A stretch of 64,000 nt of DNA, filler included, from 19 parts of 19 records of this genome joined end to end with filler, not necessarily neighbours in it; one strand, 5' to 3'; shown: positions 20,322 to 32,280, numbered from the whole stretch's first letter. The notes: generated from the letters alone by a model not told the origin. Program-made: numbers and translations.

Positions 20322-21479
20322 ATGTCCATAAAAAAGATTTGTGTTGTTATCACAGCTAGACCTTCTTACAGTAGAATAAAAACAGCTCTTACGAGTATAA
20401 AAAATCATCCAAAATTAGAATTACAATTGGTAGTTGCGGGTGCTGCTTTATTAGATCGTTACGGAAATACCGTAGAATTTATCGAAAAAGACGGTTTTAA
20501 AATTGCGGAAAAAATTTTTATGGTTTTAGAAGGTGAAAATCCAACTTCCATGGCAAAAACAACAGGGCTTGGTGTTATGGAGCTAGCAAATGTGTTTTAT
20601 AGATTACAACCCGATGCCGTTGTAACGATAGCAGACCGCTTTGAAACCATTGCAACAAGCATTGCTGCTTCCTATCAAAACATCCCCTTAGTTCATATAC
20701 AAGGAGGTGAGATTACGGGGAATATTGATGAAAAAGTAAGGCATGCAAATACAAAATTAGCGGATTTACATTTGGTGGCGTCTGAAGACGCTAAAGAAAG
20801 AGTCCTAAAAATGGGAGAAAACCCTAGTATGGTTTTCAATACAGGTTGCCCTTCAATTGATTTAGCGGTAGAAATTAAACAATCTCCAAAATTAGATTTC
20901 AACCCCATTGAAAAATATGGAGGTGTCGGAGAAAAAATTAATTGGAAAAAGGGCTATTTAGTAGTCATGCAACATCCTGTAACTACAGAGTACAAATCTG
21001 CAAAAGAAAATATTACAAAAACATTAGAAGCCATCCATGAATTAAACCTACCTACCTTCTGGTTTTGGCCTAATGTAGATGCAGGAGCAGACGGTACTTC
21101 AAATGGGATCCGAAGTTTTCGAGAAATTAAAAATCCAAAAAACATTCATTTTTTCAAAAACATGACACCAAACGATTTTTTGAGATTGTTAATAAACAGT
21201 CAATGTCTGATTGGGAATTCTAGTGTAGGCATTAGAGAGTGTTCTTATTTAGCAGTACCTGTTGTCAATATTGGGACAAGACAAAACGGTAGAGAACGTG
21301 GTAGGAATGTAATGGATGTAGATTACAATAAAGAGTTGATCAAATCAGCTATTTTAAATAGAATAGACACCAAAAATATTGTGTCGGAAACTGTTTACGG
21401 AAATGGGAATTCGGGAACTCATATAGCAGAAATTTTAGCTTCAACGAATTTGAAATTTCATAAAACCATTACATATTAA
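20322..21479 (+). CDS. neuC: UDP-GlcNAc (or diNAc-bacillosamine) 2-epimerase, hydrolysing, NeuC family
   Basis: TARPSY, ADRFE, HIQGGEITGNIDEKVRHANTKLA, MQHPVT, PNVDAG, GNSSVGIRE, NIGTRQNGR. Confidence 0.92.
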   Translation: MSIKKICVVITARPSYSRIKTALTSIKNHPKLELQLVVAGAALLDRYGNTVEFIEKDGFKIAEKIFMVLEGENPTSMAKTTGLGVMELANVFYRLQPDAVVTIADRFETIATSIAASYQNIPLVHIQGGEITGNIDEKVRHANTKLADLHLVASEDAKERVLKMGENPSMVFNTGCPSIDLAVEIKQSPKLDFNPIEKYGGVGEKINWKKGYLVVMQHPVTTEYKSAKENITKTLEAIHELNLPTFWFWPNVDAGADGTSNGIRSFREIKNPKNIHFFKNMTPNDFLRLLINSQCLIGNSSVGIRECSYLAVPVVNIGTRQNGRERGRNVMDVDYNKELIKSAILNRIDTKNIVSETVYGNGNSGTHIAEILASTNLKFHKTITY

Positions 21480-22171
21480 TGAAAGTTTTAGGAATCATAC
21501 CTGCAAGAGGAGAATCCAAAGGAGTTCCCAAAAAAAATATTAGAAATTTAGATGGTAAACCATTAATAGTTTACTCTATTGAAACAGCACAAGATTCAAA
21601 ATTGTTAACAGATCTTGTAGTTTCAACAGATTGTGACGATATAATAGATATAGTAAAAGAATATAATTGTAAATATTTAAAAAGAAGTAGTGTCAATGCA
21701 CAAGATACTTCGACAATAGAACCTGTTATTTTTGAGGTATTAGAGCAATTAAATTCATTTTACGATATTATTATTATTTTACAACCTACAGCTCCCATTC
21801 GAGAGGCAAAAGATATTGATAATGTAATTAAAATGTTAATTAAGAATAAGGATATTGAAAGTGTTGTATCTGTTGTAGAATTAGAAGATATTCATCCTGC
21901 TAGAATGTATAACTTAGGTATTAATGAAAAACTAGAACCGATACAGCCAGAAAAAGAGTTGAGTAAACGGCAGGATTTAACACCTGTTTACTTAAGAAAT
22001 GGCTCTATTTATGCTGTTAAATCCTCTGCTTTTTTTACTGAAAAGAAAATAATGACAAAAAATAAGTTAGGATATATTATGCCAGAATCTAAATGGGCGA
22101 ATATTGATACTGAAAGAGATTTTATGATTACTGAACTCTTAATGAAGGAATGGAAGAAAGAGAAGTTATAA
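21479..22171 (+). CDS. neuA: Acylneuraminate cytidylyltransferase
   Basis: IIPARGESKGVPKKNI, VSTD, LQPTAPIR, RQDL, NGSIY, NIDTERD; translationally coupled (TAATG). Confidence 0.93.
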   Translation: MKVLGIIPARGESKGVPKKNIRNLDGKPLIVYSIETAQDSKLLTDLVVSTDCDDIIDIVKEYNCKYLKRSSVNAQDTSTIEPVIFEVLEQLNSFYDIIIILQPTAPIREAKDIDNVIKMLIKNKDIESVVSVVELEDIHPARMYNLGINEKLEPIQPEKELSKRQDLTPVYLRNGSIYAVKSSAFFTEKKIMTKNKLGYIMPESKWANIDTERDFMITELLMKEWKKEKL

Positions 22172-22176
22172 AGGAT

Positions 22177-22463
22177 ATGATAACACATGTTTCTGGAATT
22201 GATATATTGTCTTTAGAAGCATTTAAAATAATGTACTCAATTTCTAAAGTAGAATATGTTGATTTACATTCAGAAGAAGACCTTATACAAAGTTTAAAAA
22301 AATGCGATATATTTTGGTTTCGATTAAACCATAAATTAACAAGAGAGGTTTTAAAAAAGGCAAAATGTAAATATATTTTGTGTGCTGTAACAGGATTAGA
22401 CCATATTGATATAAAAGCTTGTAAAGAATTTGGTATTAAAGTTATTAGTTTAAAAGGAGAATA
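22177..22463 (+). CDS. D-isomer-specific 2-hydroxyacid dehydrogenase family protein, N-terminal fragment (truncated at contig end)
   Basis: RLNHKLTREVL...ILCAVTGLDHIDIKACKEFGIKVISL matches the substrate-binding domain motif (GxDxIDxxAxxxxGI). Confidence 0.75.
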
Positions 22464-24695
22464 NNNNNNNNNNNNNNNNNNNNNNNNNNNNNNNNNNNNN
22501 NNNNNNNTTAATTAATTAANNNNNNNNNNNNNNNNNNNNNNNNNNNNNNNNNNNNNNNNNNNNTTTAACTTTGCACTATGAGTTTCATGAATTAATTATT
22601 TGAATTTTGCCATCGCGAGAAGGTTGTTAAGTTCAGTTCTTATCGTGATATGCGATAAGAGGAAGAACTTTGCCTCGGTGGGGTACAATTCTTGTTACCG
22701 AATGTAGTTGCCTTTTTTTAATTTTATGCCAAAGAGACGGGTTGTGCGGTGAATGTGGGCTCTAAGACTCTTCTACATCGGCGTGTGATGGAGGGGTATG
22801 GGTCGATGTTGCCGTATTAATGCGGGTGTGTGTCGCATTTATCCCCCTCCCCCACAAAGTTATCCGGGTTTTAAAATGTGGTTCGTGTGCTTTATGCAAC
22901 TTCATCAACCTCCGACTTTTGGTGCTGTGACACATGTCCCCAAACATATACCCGGTTTCCCCCCACCCCGGCCCCGTATTCATGCTGTGTTAGAAGACGA
23001 TTTCGTGCATCGCATTAGTCTTTCCTACATATTTCTCTAGATTATGTTGTTGTTTTTTTGCCTCCGTTTTCATAATCTCTCTACACGCGTTTCCAGCTTC
23101 CTCTTCTTATTCTACTTTTTTTTTCATCTTCCGCCACTCCACGACGTATATTTGTATGTCTTCCATGAGCATCACCTGCCGCCGAACGGCTACCTGTTTC
23201 ACAGCATCTCACATGTTTAGCAACTCCTACTACAAGTTTTACTGTATCTCAGAACTAAAAAATCTTTATTCTGCTCAAAACTACGACCCCTAATATTCCT
23301 TCAGATACCTTTAAGGTGCAACACTTAAAATGTTGTATTTAATTCAATTTCATAATACTATTTCCTATCTCTCATAGCATTCCAACAATTAATTTTGAAT
23401 CGGTTTAATTTTTTCGCAACTCGCGTTTTAACCCCAACTCAACTGAGAGTAAAAAATAACATGTGCTGAAATGTTAACTCATTGTACTCCAGCGTGTTGG
23501 TCACTATCTACTCCTCGACAAGTACAATTTTAAAATTCCAAATGACCATAAAGAAATCTCACAAAGTTTCTGTGTAGGGAAAACCCTTCATTTCCAACCG
23601 AAATCTTTCCCGGTTATGACATATTTTGCCAAAGATCAAAATACGTAACGCAGCTTGCTTTGAAAAATCACACATATGGGTGCATTTTATGCATCTAAAA
23701 AAATCCACCAATTGTGGTGTCCAAAACGAATAATGCATGTTTAAATTCGATTAGTATATCTTCTACTAGAAGTTTTGTGGGCATCAAGGACACTTTTCAA
23801 AAACCGTGCGTAGATATGAATGAATATATAGCGCCTTCCACAATTACAATGTTTTCACGAAAATCTACCTACATTTTCACGAATTTTGATAAAATTGAGT
23901 AAGCTTACCCAAATTTTTTCACGAAGGAAGTACCAAAACGTGTCGTTAATCCTGAAAAAATAAAAACAGCGTTTTTAAATTCCAAACGACACAACTTTTT
24001 TAGAGAGATTGGGTGACATTTCTAAGGGATAAAAATTTTCGTTTGGGGCTTCAGTAATGCCTGCGATATAAATTTCGCTTATTTGGTTTCCTAAACCAGA
24101 ATTTCAACATTTTTGTTCCAATTCTGGTTTAACGAATACAATTTGTTCAACTAATGTACGATAATACAAACATGCAAAACGTTACGTGACGGAAGGTCCT
24201 CACTCCCAACCCACTTCCAGACACCCGTACATTCACACAACATTTCAATATTGATTTTTTGAGATGAACGAATGCACTTTTGGTATTTTTACAAAAATTT
24301 TACATTTGTCACTGCGAACCCAAAACGTCTCCCGCAAAATTTTTGTGCTAAAACACCGTTTTTGAAAATGGATTCTAGATTTACCACATTGTTTTGAGAA
24401 GAAATAGTTCTGGAAAAAATAACAAGTAAAGAGTGGAAAAAATTACGCCGTACCCAAGCACATTCACAACTTTTCAAAAATGAGAATATTAAAAAAAGAA
24501 GAAAGGCTCTTCTTTACTGTTGTGGACAGTAGCAAACTACAATCTTAAAATGAAATGTTGATAAAATAATTTTAAAATTATCGGGTCAGTTGCCANNNNN
24601 NNNNNNNNNNNNNNNNNNNNNNNNNNNNNNNNNNNNNNNTTAATTAATTAANNNNNNNNNNNNNNNNNNNNNNNNNNNNNNNNNNNNNNNNNNNN

Positions 24696-24818
24696 ATTCA
24701 ACAATTCCACATTTTTCACTTTTCACTTTTTCCTACTGCCTACAGTCTACAGCCTTTTTCTTCCTTTTCAACTTGTCACAATTAAACAGTTCTACAATGA
24801 AACAGTTCCACAATTAAA
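24696..24818. repeat. Cluster of degenerate 7- and 8-nt tandem repeats at a contig edge upstream of aspS
   Basis: tttcact-tttcact; cctactg-cctacag-tctacag (24732-24752); caattaaa-cagttcta-caatgaaa-cagttcca-caattaaa. Confidence 0.7.
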
Positions 24819-24821
24819 TAC

Positions 24822-24829
24822 TAAATTTG
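24822..24829 (+). promoter_or_regulatory. Bacteroidetes -7 promoter element for aspS
   Basis: TAAATTTG(CA), 72 nt upstream of the aspS ATG. Confidence 0.6.
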
Positions 24830-24901
24830 CACATTTAAGATTCGCAATATAAAAACGCATTTGGAGAGGTTAAAACCATTCTTATAAATAAGAAATAATA
24901 G

Positions 24902-26665
24902 ATGTACAGAAGTCATACAAACGGAGAATTGAAGATCTCAAATGTTGGGCAAGAGGTAATTCTTTCAGGATGGGTACAAAAAACTCGTAACAAAGGCTTT
25001 GTCATTTGGGTAGATTTACGAGATCGTTATGGAATTACACAATTAATTTTTGATGCAGATCGTACTGACAAAGAGATCATTGAACAAGCCAAGACTTTAG
25101 GTCGTGAATTTGTGATCCAAGTAAAAGGAACTGTAATAGAACGTCTTTCAAAAAACAATAAAATACCAACGGGTGAAATCGAGATTTTAGTTTCAGAATT
25201 AACAATTCTAAATCCTGCAGTATTACCTCCTTTCACCATTGAAGACGAAACGGATGGTGGCGAAGAATTGCGTATGAAGTATCGGTATTTAGACATCCGA
25301 AGAAACCCCATTAAAAATAATTTGATTTTTAGATCTAAAGTCACACAAGAAGTTCGCAACTATTTGTCGAACGAAGATTTTATAGAAGTTGAAACCCCCT
25401 ATTTGATCAAATCAACTCCAGAAGGAGCTCGAGATTTTGTAGTCCCTTCTCGGATGAATGCAGGTCAGTTTTACGCATTGCCACAATCACCACAAACATT
25501 TAAGCAATTGTTAATGGTAGGTGGAATGGATAAGTACTTTCAAATTGTAAAGTGCTTTAGAGATGAAGATTTACGTGCCGATAGACAGCCAGAATTTACA
25601 CAAATTGATTGTGAAATGGCCTTTGTGGAACAAGAAGATATTTTGAATGTTTTTGAAGGATTGATGCGTCATTTATTAAGAAAAATCAACCATGTAAAAA
25701 TCGGTGATTTCCCTAGAATGACCTATGATGATGTCATGAAAACCTATGGAAATGACAAACCAGACATCCGTTTTGGAATGGAGTTCGGCGAATTAAATGC
25801 GGTTGTAAAACACAGAGGCTTTAAAATATTTGAGGAGGCAGAACTGGTTGTCGGTATTGCTGTACCTGATGCAACTTCTTATACACGTAAAGAAATAGAG
25901 GCACTCATCAGCTGGGTAAAGCGTCCACAAATAGGGGCATCAGGAATGATTTATGTAAAATGTAATGAGGACGGTACCTACAAATCTTCTGTAGATAAAT
26001 TCTACCATCAAGAAGACTTGGCAAAATGGGCGGATAAAACAGGTGCAAAAGCGGGTGACTTAATTTGTGTACTTTCTGGAGCTACAAACGAAGTAAGAGC
26101 ACAGCTAAGTGCTTTGCGTATGGAATTGGCAGAACGGTTGGGATTGAGAAAACCAGAAGAATTTGCACCTCTTTGGGTGGTAGATTTCCCTTTGTTAGAA
26201 TGGGATAAAGATACAGCACGTTACCATGCAATGCACCATCCATTTACCTCTCCAAAACCAGAAGATAGGGCTTTGTTAGATACCAATCCAGAAAAGGTAA
26301 GAGCCAATGCTTACGATTTGGTCTTAAACGGAAACGAAATAGGAGGAGGGTCTATCAGAATCCACGACAAAGAAACCCAAGCTTTGCTATTGGATCATTT
26401 AGGATTTACACCAGAAGAAGCAAAAGAACAATTTGGATTTTTACTCAATGCTTTTGAATATGGAGCACCACCACATGGTGGATTGGCCTTTGGTTTAGAT
26501 AGATTGGTCGCTATTTTAGCAGGAAAGGAAGCCATTCGTGATTTTATTGCCTTTCCTAAAAATAATTCTGGAAAAGATGTGATGATTGAGGCTCCTTCCA
26601 AATTAGATCCTTCGCAATTGAAAGATTTAAAGATTGAAGTATTAAAAGATCAAAGTCAGAAATAA
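24902..26665 (+). CDS. aspS: Aspartate--tRNA ligase
   Basis: [88 protein letters not shown]. Confidence 0.98.
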   Translation: MYRSHTNGELKISNVGQEVILSGWVQKTRNKGFVIWVDLRDRYGITQLIFDADRTDKEIIEQAKTLGREFVIQVKGTVIERLSKNNKIPTGEIEILVSELTILNPAVLPPFTIEDETDGGEELRMKYRYLDIRRNPIKNNLIFRSKVTQEVRNYLSNEDFIEVETPYLIKSTPEGARDFVVPSRMNAGQFYALPQSPQTFKQLLMVGGMDKYFQIVKCFRDEDLRADRQPEFTQIDCEMAFVEQEDILNVFEGLMRHLLRKINHVKIGDFPRMTYDDVMKTYGNDKPDIRFGMEFGELNAVVKHRGFKIFEEAELVVGIAVPDATSYTRKEIEALISWVKRPQIGASGMIYVKCNEDGTYKSSVDKFYHQEDLAKWADKTGAKAGDLICVLSGATNEVRAQLSALRMELAERLGLRKPEEFAPLWVVDFPLLEWDKDTARYHAMHHPFTSPKPEDRALLDTNPEKVRANAYDLVLNGNEIGGGSIRIHDKETQALLLDHLGFTPEEAKEQFGFLLNAFEYGAPPHGGLAFGLDRLVAILAGKEAIRDFIAFPKNNSGKDVMIEAPSKLDPSQLKDLKIEVLKDQSQK

Positions 26666-26674
26666 GAAGAGATT

Positions 26675-26709
26675 CCTAAGAATTTGAATTTCTAAGAGGG
26701 CGGAGTATA
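26675..26709 (-). repeat. Copy of a dispersed ~36-bp intergenic repeat
   Basis: Reverse complement TATACTCCGCCCTCTTAGAAATTCAAATTCTTAGG aligns with 44184-44219 and 63932-63967. Confidence 0.75.
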
Positions 26710-26727
26710 TAAAAGCAATGATTATAA

Positions 26728-28515
26728 ATGTCACCACAAAAAAAAAACATCCTTACTAAATTTTTGATTTGGAAATACAAGTACCTTACCAATCAGCAAT
26801 TTATTTACTTTGTGAGTATCATTATCGGGTTACTTTCAGGATTGGCTGCTGTTACTCTTAAAAATGTAACGCATCTCATTCAAAAATTTTTAGAAGGAGA
26901 ACTGATTCCTAATTATCACGGCTTTTATTTTATTTTCCCTTTAATAGGATTGTTATTAACCCTTCTCGTAATAAAATATGTTATCAAACAAAAAGTTTCT
27001 CATGGGATTCCCACAACTTTACATGCGATTTCAAAAAGAAAAGGAATCATGAAACGGTTTCAAATGTACAGTTCCGTTGCAACAGCTCCTTTAACCGTTG
27101 GATTTGGAGGTTCTGTTGGACTGGAAGGTCCCACGGTGGCCACAAGTGCTGCGATAGGAGCCAACGTATCTAGATTATTTCATTTGAATCAAACTTCCCG
27201 TACTTTATTAATCGGGGCCGCCGCTGCCGCCGCCATGTCCTCTATCTTTAAAGCACCAATAGCGGCTATTGTATTTGCGGTAGAAATTTTCAGTTTGGAT
27301 CTGACACTGGTTTCTTTAATTCCTTTATTATTGGCATCTATTTCTGCGATTTTAACTTCCTATTTTTTCTTAGGGGACGATTCTATTTTACACTTCCAAT
27401 TAAAAGACAAATTCACTTTGGTCGATACTGGATTTTATGTAATATTAGGTGTTTGCTGTGGGTTGATCTCCATCTATTTTAGCAAAGTTTATTTTAGCAT
27501 CAGTGACTTTTTTGGAAAGTGGAGCAATCCTTATAAAAGAGTATTGATTGGAGGTTTAGGCTTAGGAGTTATCGTCTATTTTATACCTCCATTATTTGGA
27601 GAGGGATTTCAGACAATAAACAATCTTTTGAATGAAAATGTTAGCGGTGTTTTCAACCAAAATATTTTCCATGTAATTACCGAAAATAATTGGGTAATCA
27701 TTCTATTTTTAATCGGATTGGTCTTGTTTAAAGTCGTTGCCACCTCTTTTACTTTTGGAGCGGGTGGTGTAGGAGGTGTTTTTGCACCCACACTCTTTAC
27801 AGGAAGTGTAACAGGATTTGTTTTTGCTTTGTTTTTTAACACCTTAGGGATTAGCCAACAGCACTTATCACTCAGTAATTTTTCTTTGGTGGGAATGGCA
27901 GGGCTGATGGCGGGAGTATTGCATGCTCCATTAACAGCGATCTTTTTGATTGCTGAAATCACAAGCGGTCATGAATTGTTTATTCCTTTGATGATTACAG
28001 CAGCCATTTCGTTTTTAATTACAAAAAAATACATTCCCTTCAATATTTACGCCGCAGAATTGGCAAAAAAAGGAGAACTGATTACGCATGATAAAGATAG
28101 AAATGTATTGATGTTGATGGATATAGATAAAGTTATTGAAACCAATTTTATCTCATTACAACCACAAATGAAATTAGGCTATGTTGTCAAACATGCAGTC
28201 GCAAAATCTTCTCGAAACAATTTTCCAGTTGTCAATGAAAACAATGAATTTTTAGGGGTTTTATTATTAGATGATATTCGGGGGATCATGTTTGACCAGA
28301 GTTTATACGAAACGGTTTCCGTGAGAGATTTGATGCACAATGCTGCTGAGATTCTCTTTTATGAAAAAGATTCTATGAAAGTCATCATGAAAAAATTTCA
28401 AGATAGTGGTGCCTGGAATTTACCAATGGTAAAAGAGGGGAAATACTTAGGCTTTATTTCTAAATCTAGGTTATTGACTGCTTATCGTAGAAAACTGATT
28501 GAAGTTACGAATTAA
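26728..28515 (+). CDS. CLC-family chloride channel/antiporter with C-terminal CBS domains
   Basis: SHGIP, GGSVGLEGP, FKAPIAAIVFAVE, GGVGGVFAP, HAPLTAIFLIAEIT; CBS pair (FPVVNE...LGV, LPMVKEGKYLGFISKS). Confidence 0.93.
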   Translation: MSPQKKNILTKFLIWKYKYLTNQQFIYFVSIIIGLLSGLAAVTLKNVTHLIQKFLEGELIPNYHGFYFIFPLIGLLLTLLVIKYVIKQKVSHGIPTTLHAISKRKGIMKRFQMYSSVATAPLTVGFGGSVGLEGPTVATSAAIGANVSRLFHLNQTSRTLLIGAAAAAAMSSIFKAPIAAIVFAVEIFSLDLTLVSLIPLLLASISAILTSYFFLGDDSILHFQLKDKFTLVDTGFYVILGVCCGLISIYFSKVYFSISDFFGKWSNPYKRVLIGGLGLGVIVYFIPPLFGEGFQTINNLLNENVSGVFNQNIFHVITENNWVIILFLIGLVLFKVVATSFTFGAGGVGGVFAPTLFTGSVTGFVFALFFNTLGISQQHLSLSNFSLVGMAGLMAGVLHAPLTAIFLIAEITSGHELFIPLMITAAISFLITKKYIPFNIYAAELAKKGELITHDKDRNVLMLMDIDKVIETNFISLQPQMKLGYVVKHAVAKSSRNNFPVVNENNEFLGVLLLDDIRGIMFDQSLYETVSVRDLMHNAAEILFYEKDSMKVIMKKFQDSGAWNLPMVKEGKYLGFISKSRLLTAYRRKLIEVTN

Positions 28516-28574
28516 ATCGGTTTCTAGATTTTGATTATGGGTTTTCAGCTTAAAACCGACAACGAATAACCCAA

Positions 28575-28643
28575 CCCTTCGGCAAGCTCGAGGTAAAAGA
28601 GGAAAAATGTGGAATATTCGCCTGTCCTGAGCTTGCCGAAGGG
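28575..28643. repeat. REP/REPIN-like inverted repeat pair
   Basis: CCCTTCGGCAAGCTC (28575-28589) ... GAGCTTGCCGAAGGG (28629-28643): perfect 15-bp inverted repeat, GC-rich in an AT-rich background. Confidence 0.75.
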
Positions 28644-28667
28644 CGAACTTTTAAATCTTAAAAAAAC

Positions 28668-28895
28668 ATGAAAATATTTCTTAAAATTCTTTTGTTTATA
28701 GAACTAGGAGTCTTATCTGTAGGAATCTATTTAAAAAGTATAAAAAACACAAATGGTGAATTTATTATCGGTATGGGTGTCCTTATTTTAGCTTTTCTAT
28801 TGATGCCTTTATTTATATACCACAGATACAAAGGAAAAGACATTTCTAAATATTCGTTTAAAAATATCCGAGAATCTGAGAATTTTGAAGAGTAA
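28668..28895 (+). CDS. Small two-TM membrane protein (75 aa)
   Basis: A-rich leader, ATG start, two hydrophobic segments, and an MPLFIYHRYKGKD tail that resembles a small Flavobacteriaceae family. Confidence 0.75.
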   Translation: MKIFLKILLFIELGVLSVGIYLKSIKNTNGEFIIGMGVLILAFLLMPLFIYHRYKGKDISKYSFKNIRESENFEE

Positions 28896-30876
28896 GACAT
28901 TTTTTAGATACTCCGCTNNNNNNNNNNNNNNNNNNNNNNNNNNNNNNNNNNNNNNNNNNNNTTAATTAATTAANNNNNNNNNNNNNNNNNNNNNNNNNNN
29001 NNNNNNNNNNNNNNNNNTAATATAGTCAATCAAAGGCGCGCAATTCATTCGTTATTGATGGCGCAAGCGACTCTTGAAGCTCACAGACTTCTTTTGGTCC
29101 AAGAGGGGAAAACTGCTGAGGAAGTGGCAGATGGTGTTGAAAAGGTTTGTCCCCTTTAATTTGAAGTCCGTCTTTGAGGTTGGTGTTGGAGATTCGCTCA
29201 ACGGGAAGGATTCTCAAAAGGAGCATTTGTCAAAAAAAGTGGCTTAATTCCACGTCCCATAACAATTTTAGGCGGAGTTTCCTTCCTATTTTCAAAAAAT
29301 GGTCATGGGGACCAACCTTGTCACCACCTCTTTAATGGGCTAAACGGAGCGCTACAGGCCAAGCCGCACCCGAGGGTGAAACCACGTTTTCATAGATGCT
29401 CCACAAATGAGCGTCAGCAGTCACGCTGACAAGTACCCTCTGAGATCCTGATTTTCACCATTTGAAAATTTTTATTTGGGTATTACAAGCCCTTTGTGTG
29501 CTTAGCCTGGTTCGCACTAATTTTACGACAAGTGAGGTCGCAGTTAGTAACCCAGAAGAAACTGTGAGGTGATTGTTGCTGACGTCACAATGACGTGTAA
29601 AATGCGAGAACGAAGAGTTTTGCAAATATTTTTGTGCATCGTCTCCAAAAATAGGTTGTATTGCACGGTGAATTTGCAGTCGAAACAGGCCAATATTATA
29701 ACATCCCAAATAAAATTTTTCATTTGGCAAATGCTCGCTTTGTGTTTTCTTCCCGGATGGCAAATCTCCAACACCAACCTTTGTGTTTTTTTTCCTGCTT
29801 GCTGCGCAGCTTGTAAAACGCTCATTTTCTTGTTTGTCGAAGCTGTGGTGGGTGTGACTTTGCCAATGTTTCGATTTGGGCTAATTTTCTTGTTTTTTTG
29901 TAGTTGGCGGCGTCATTCGAAAAAGTAGCGAATGCAGAGGCAAAAGCCGATGGAGAGCGCGCCAATGCGGAACAAGCAAAGGCGGCAGCGGATTTGGCTC
30001 GTCAGAACCGCGAAGTTGCTTTTGGTGCTCTTTCTGCTGCTTCTCAGCAATTTCTTGCAGGAATGGTTGGGATGCCAGACGCTCGGGAGAGGAAATACAG
30101 ACAGGTACCATCACCAACAGTACTGTTCACGTCATTTCATCCACATTGGAGACCCCCCTTGAAATTTCCCCTAGTTTGGGAGCTCTGCTGTGTTCGTAAT
30201 TGTTTTTTGAGCTCGTCGACACATGTTTTTAATTTTGTGTTCTCGTTCTGGTTCGAAATCCGCTCCATTGCACATTTTTCTGCACATTTTTCTATGCTTC
30301 AACAGCAAGTTCACGGCGAGTTGAATAAGCTTCAATGGTTTTTTGGCTGAATTCATGACTCCCCAAGCCAGGACGTTGAATGAAATTTTTGAAAAAATAT
30401 GTAAGGCGAACTGTATGTGAAAAGAATTTTTTCCTGCAGTAAATGAGCTGACAATATTATCGTTGTCTTTAGCTTATGATACGAGAACAACGTATTCTGA
30501 GGTGGACATCGATGTTTACGTGGAATACACCTGATGTGATAAGTGGTGATAAACAAACGGTGGAGAGTAGTGATGACATTGAGTTGGATTTTGTTTGACA
30601 CTAGGTTTCTTTGGCACTTGGAACGCTTGGATACGCAGCTGGAATTGTTGCCATGGCTCTGATGGACGGAATTGGTGCTCCTGGAAGATTTGTTGGGATT
30701 GGTGCCATGGTTATGTTGCTTGGCAAATTGTGGTTTGATACATTGATCTAATCAATCAATAAATGTGTACAAAGATGTCCATTATGAAATAATTCGTCAC
30801 TGAGGGTAACTCTTGTTTGTGTGCTTTTGAAAGGTTTTGAATTCTAGAATTTTTCACCCACCTTGACACAATGTAG

Positions 30877-31008
30877 TGAGGTTGTCTCACCTCGCTTCAA
30901 ATCTTGCTTCAAATTTTACTATGCTATACCCTAAAAATAGCTTGGTAGGGTGAGGGTTAAGTCCACGATATTTTGAAGCAAGATTTGAAGCTAGGTGAGA
31001 CAACTTCA
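30877..31008. mobile_element. MITE/foldback-like element with ~37-bp terminal inverted repeats (eukaryote-like contig)
   Basis: TGAGGTTGTCTCACCTCGCTTCAAATCTTGCTTCAAA (30877-30913) vs TTTGAAGCAAGATTTGAAGCTAGGTGAGACAACTTCA (30972-31008); 2 mismatches. Confidence 0.55.
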
Positions 31009-32280
31009 GTGTGAGTCATTTTAGTTGAATTTTCTTTGAAGGTACTAAAATGTAGCAATTTGAAAAATTGTAGTTGGAAATTACTACACAGTCACTAACT
31101 TGAANNNNNNNNNNNNNNNNNNNNNNNNNNNNNNNNNNNNNNNNNNNNTTAATTAATTAANNNNNNNNNNNNNNNNNNNNNNNNNNNNNNNNNNNNNNNN
31201 NNNNTTTCGAAAAAATGGGACCGAGGTCAAGCTAATTTGTAGTCTCTCTTTAAACCTACTATGAATTTTTTCTAAACATGATAGTAAAAACAAGCCTCAC
31301 CAGTTTTACAGAATGAACAGAAACTTTCGGGGACAAGATTTTCTGCATGCAAAAATTGTTCAGCAATCAAAATTCGTACAGCAATCAAAATTCGTACTTT
31401 TTAATTACTGTACGAATTTTGATTGTTATCAGCGTGTGCACAAGAAAGAGTGTGTGTGGGGTGAGGGAATTTTTCGAATCCAAAAGTCCGAAAACATTTT
31501 AACTAAAGTGTCATCAAACCAGCGATAAATATATTTGGTGTATTTTTTGTCTTCAAAATGATATGTTCGTGGTAAGGAGAAGTGCCATGGAGCGGAGCTG
31601 AGTGACCGGAAGGCCCCGAGGCCCGAAGGCCCGAGGGGCTCCTGGAGGAAACGAAGCGGAGCGGGGCACTTTCCCGGATCCACGAATTCATCTTTTTTGG
31701 TGAAGGAACAGTTGAGTGTGGGGGCGTGCCACAGGAAATTCCCTAGGAGATTTCCTGGCACTGTTTTTTGAGTCGCTGATCATGATCAACTTTGACCTAG
31801 GGTAAGGTTAATTTAATCTCCACTTCAATTTTGAAATCCATGAATACTCGAGCACGTGTGCTCTCTACTAAGAACTCTGGGCTTGCAAAGAGGGTGTCCG
31901 TGCTCGAGAGGTTTCAAATTTGACTTTCCATTCGCGCAACACTGCATTCAACAGCAGTGAGGTATGCAGCTACAAGTTTTCGTTTGGGCATCTGTCCCGC
32001 CCAGCCCACTTGTGTTTGTCCCGCCCACCAAAAAAAGCAATATTTTGTGTTCAACAATCTTTTAAGAAAATTGGTTTTAATCACGTAGTTATTATTGGGT
32101 GCAAGGTTGCATTTTTGTGAAAAATAATAGCATTGGTAGCATTTTAACCCAAGTCATTTCACTTTTAACGTCAATTTTTTGTTGCATTTAAAAATGCAAG
32201 TCAGACACATTCTGTTTCTCAGCTGCAACTTTACAACATTTCAATTCCTGGCAAAAACTTTCCTCTTTTCTAATACTTAC

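Noticed and set aside
22564-24595. Short ORFs in this contig (and in 5729-7799)
   Set aside because: Low coding density and no recognisable motifs; consistent with eukaryotic intronic or intergenic DNA.
26675-26709. The ~36-bp repeat as a CRISPR direct repeat
   Set aside because: Copies are dispersed, divergent and in both orientations, with no regular spacers and no cas genes.
29904-30350. 148-aa Ala-rich ORF as a bacterial or phage gene
   Set aside because: Only the first ~65 codons look coding (up to a cag|gtacc donor-like site); probably a eukaryotic exon or repeat fragment with no assignable function.
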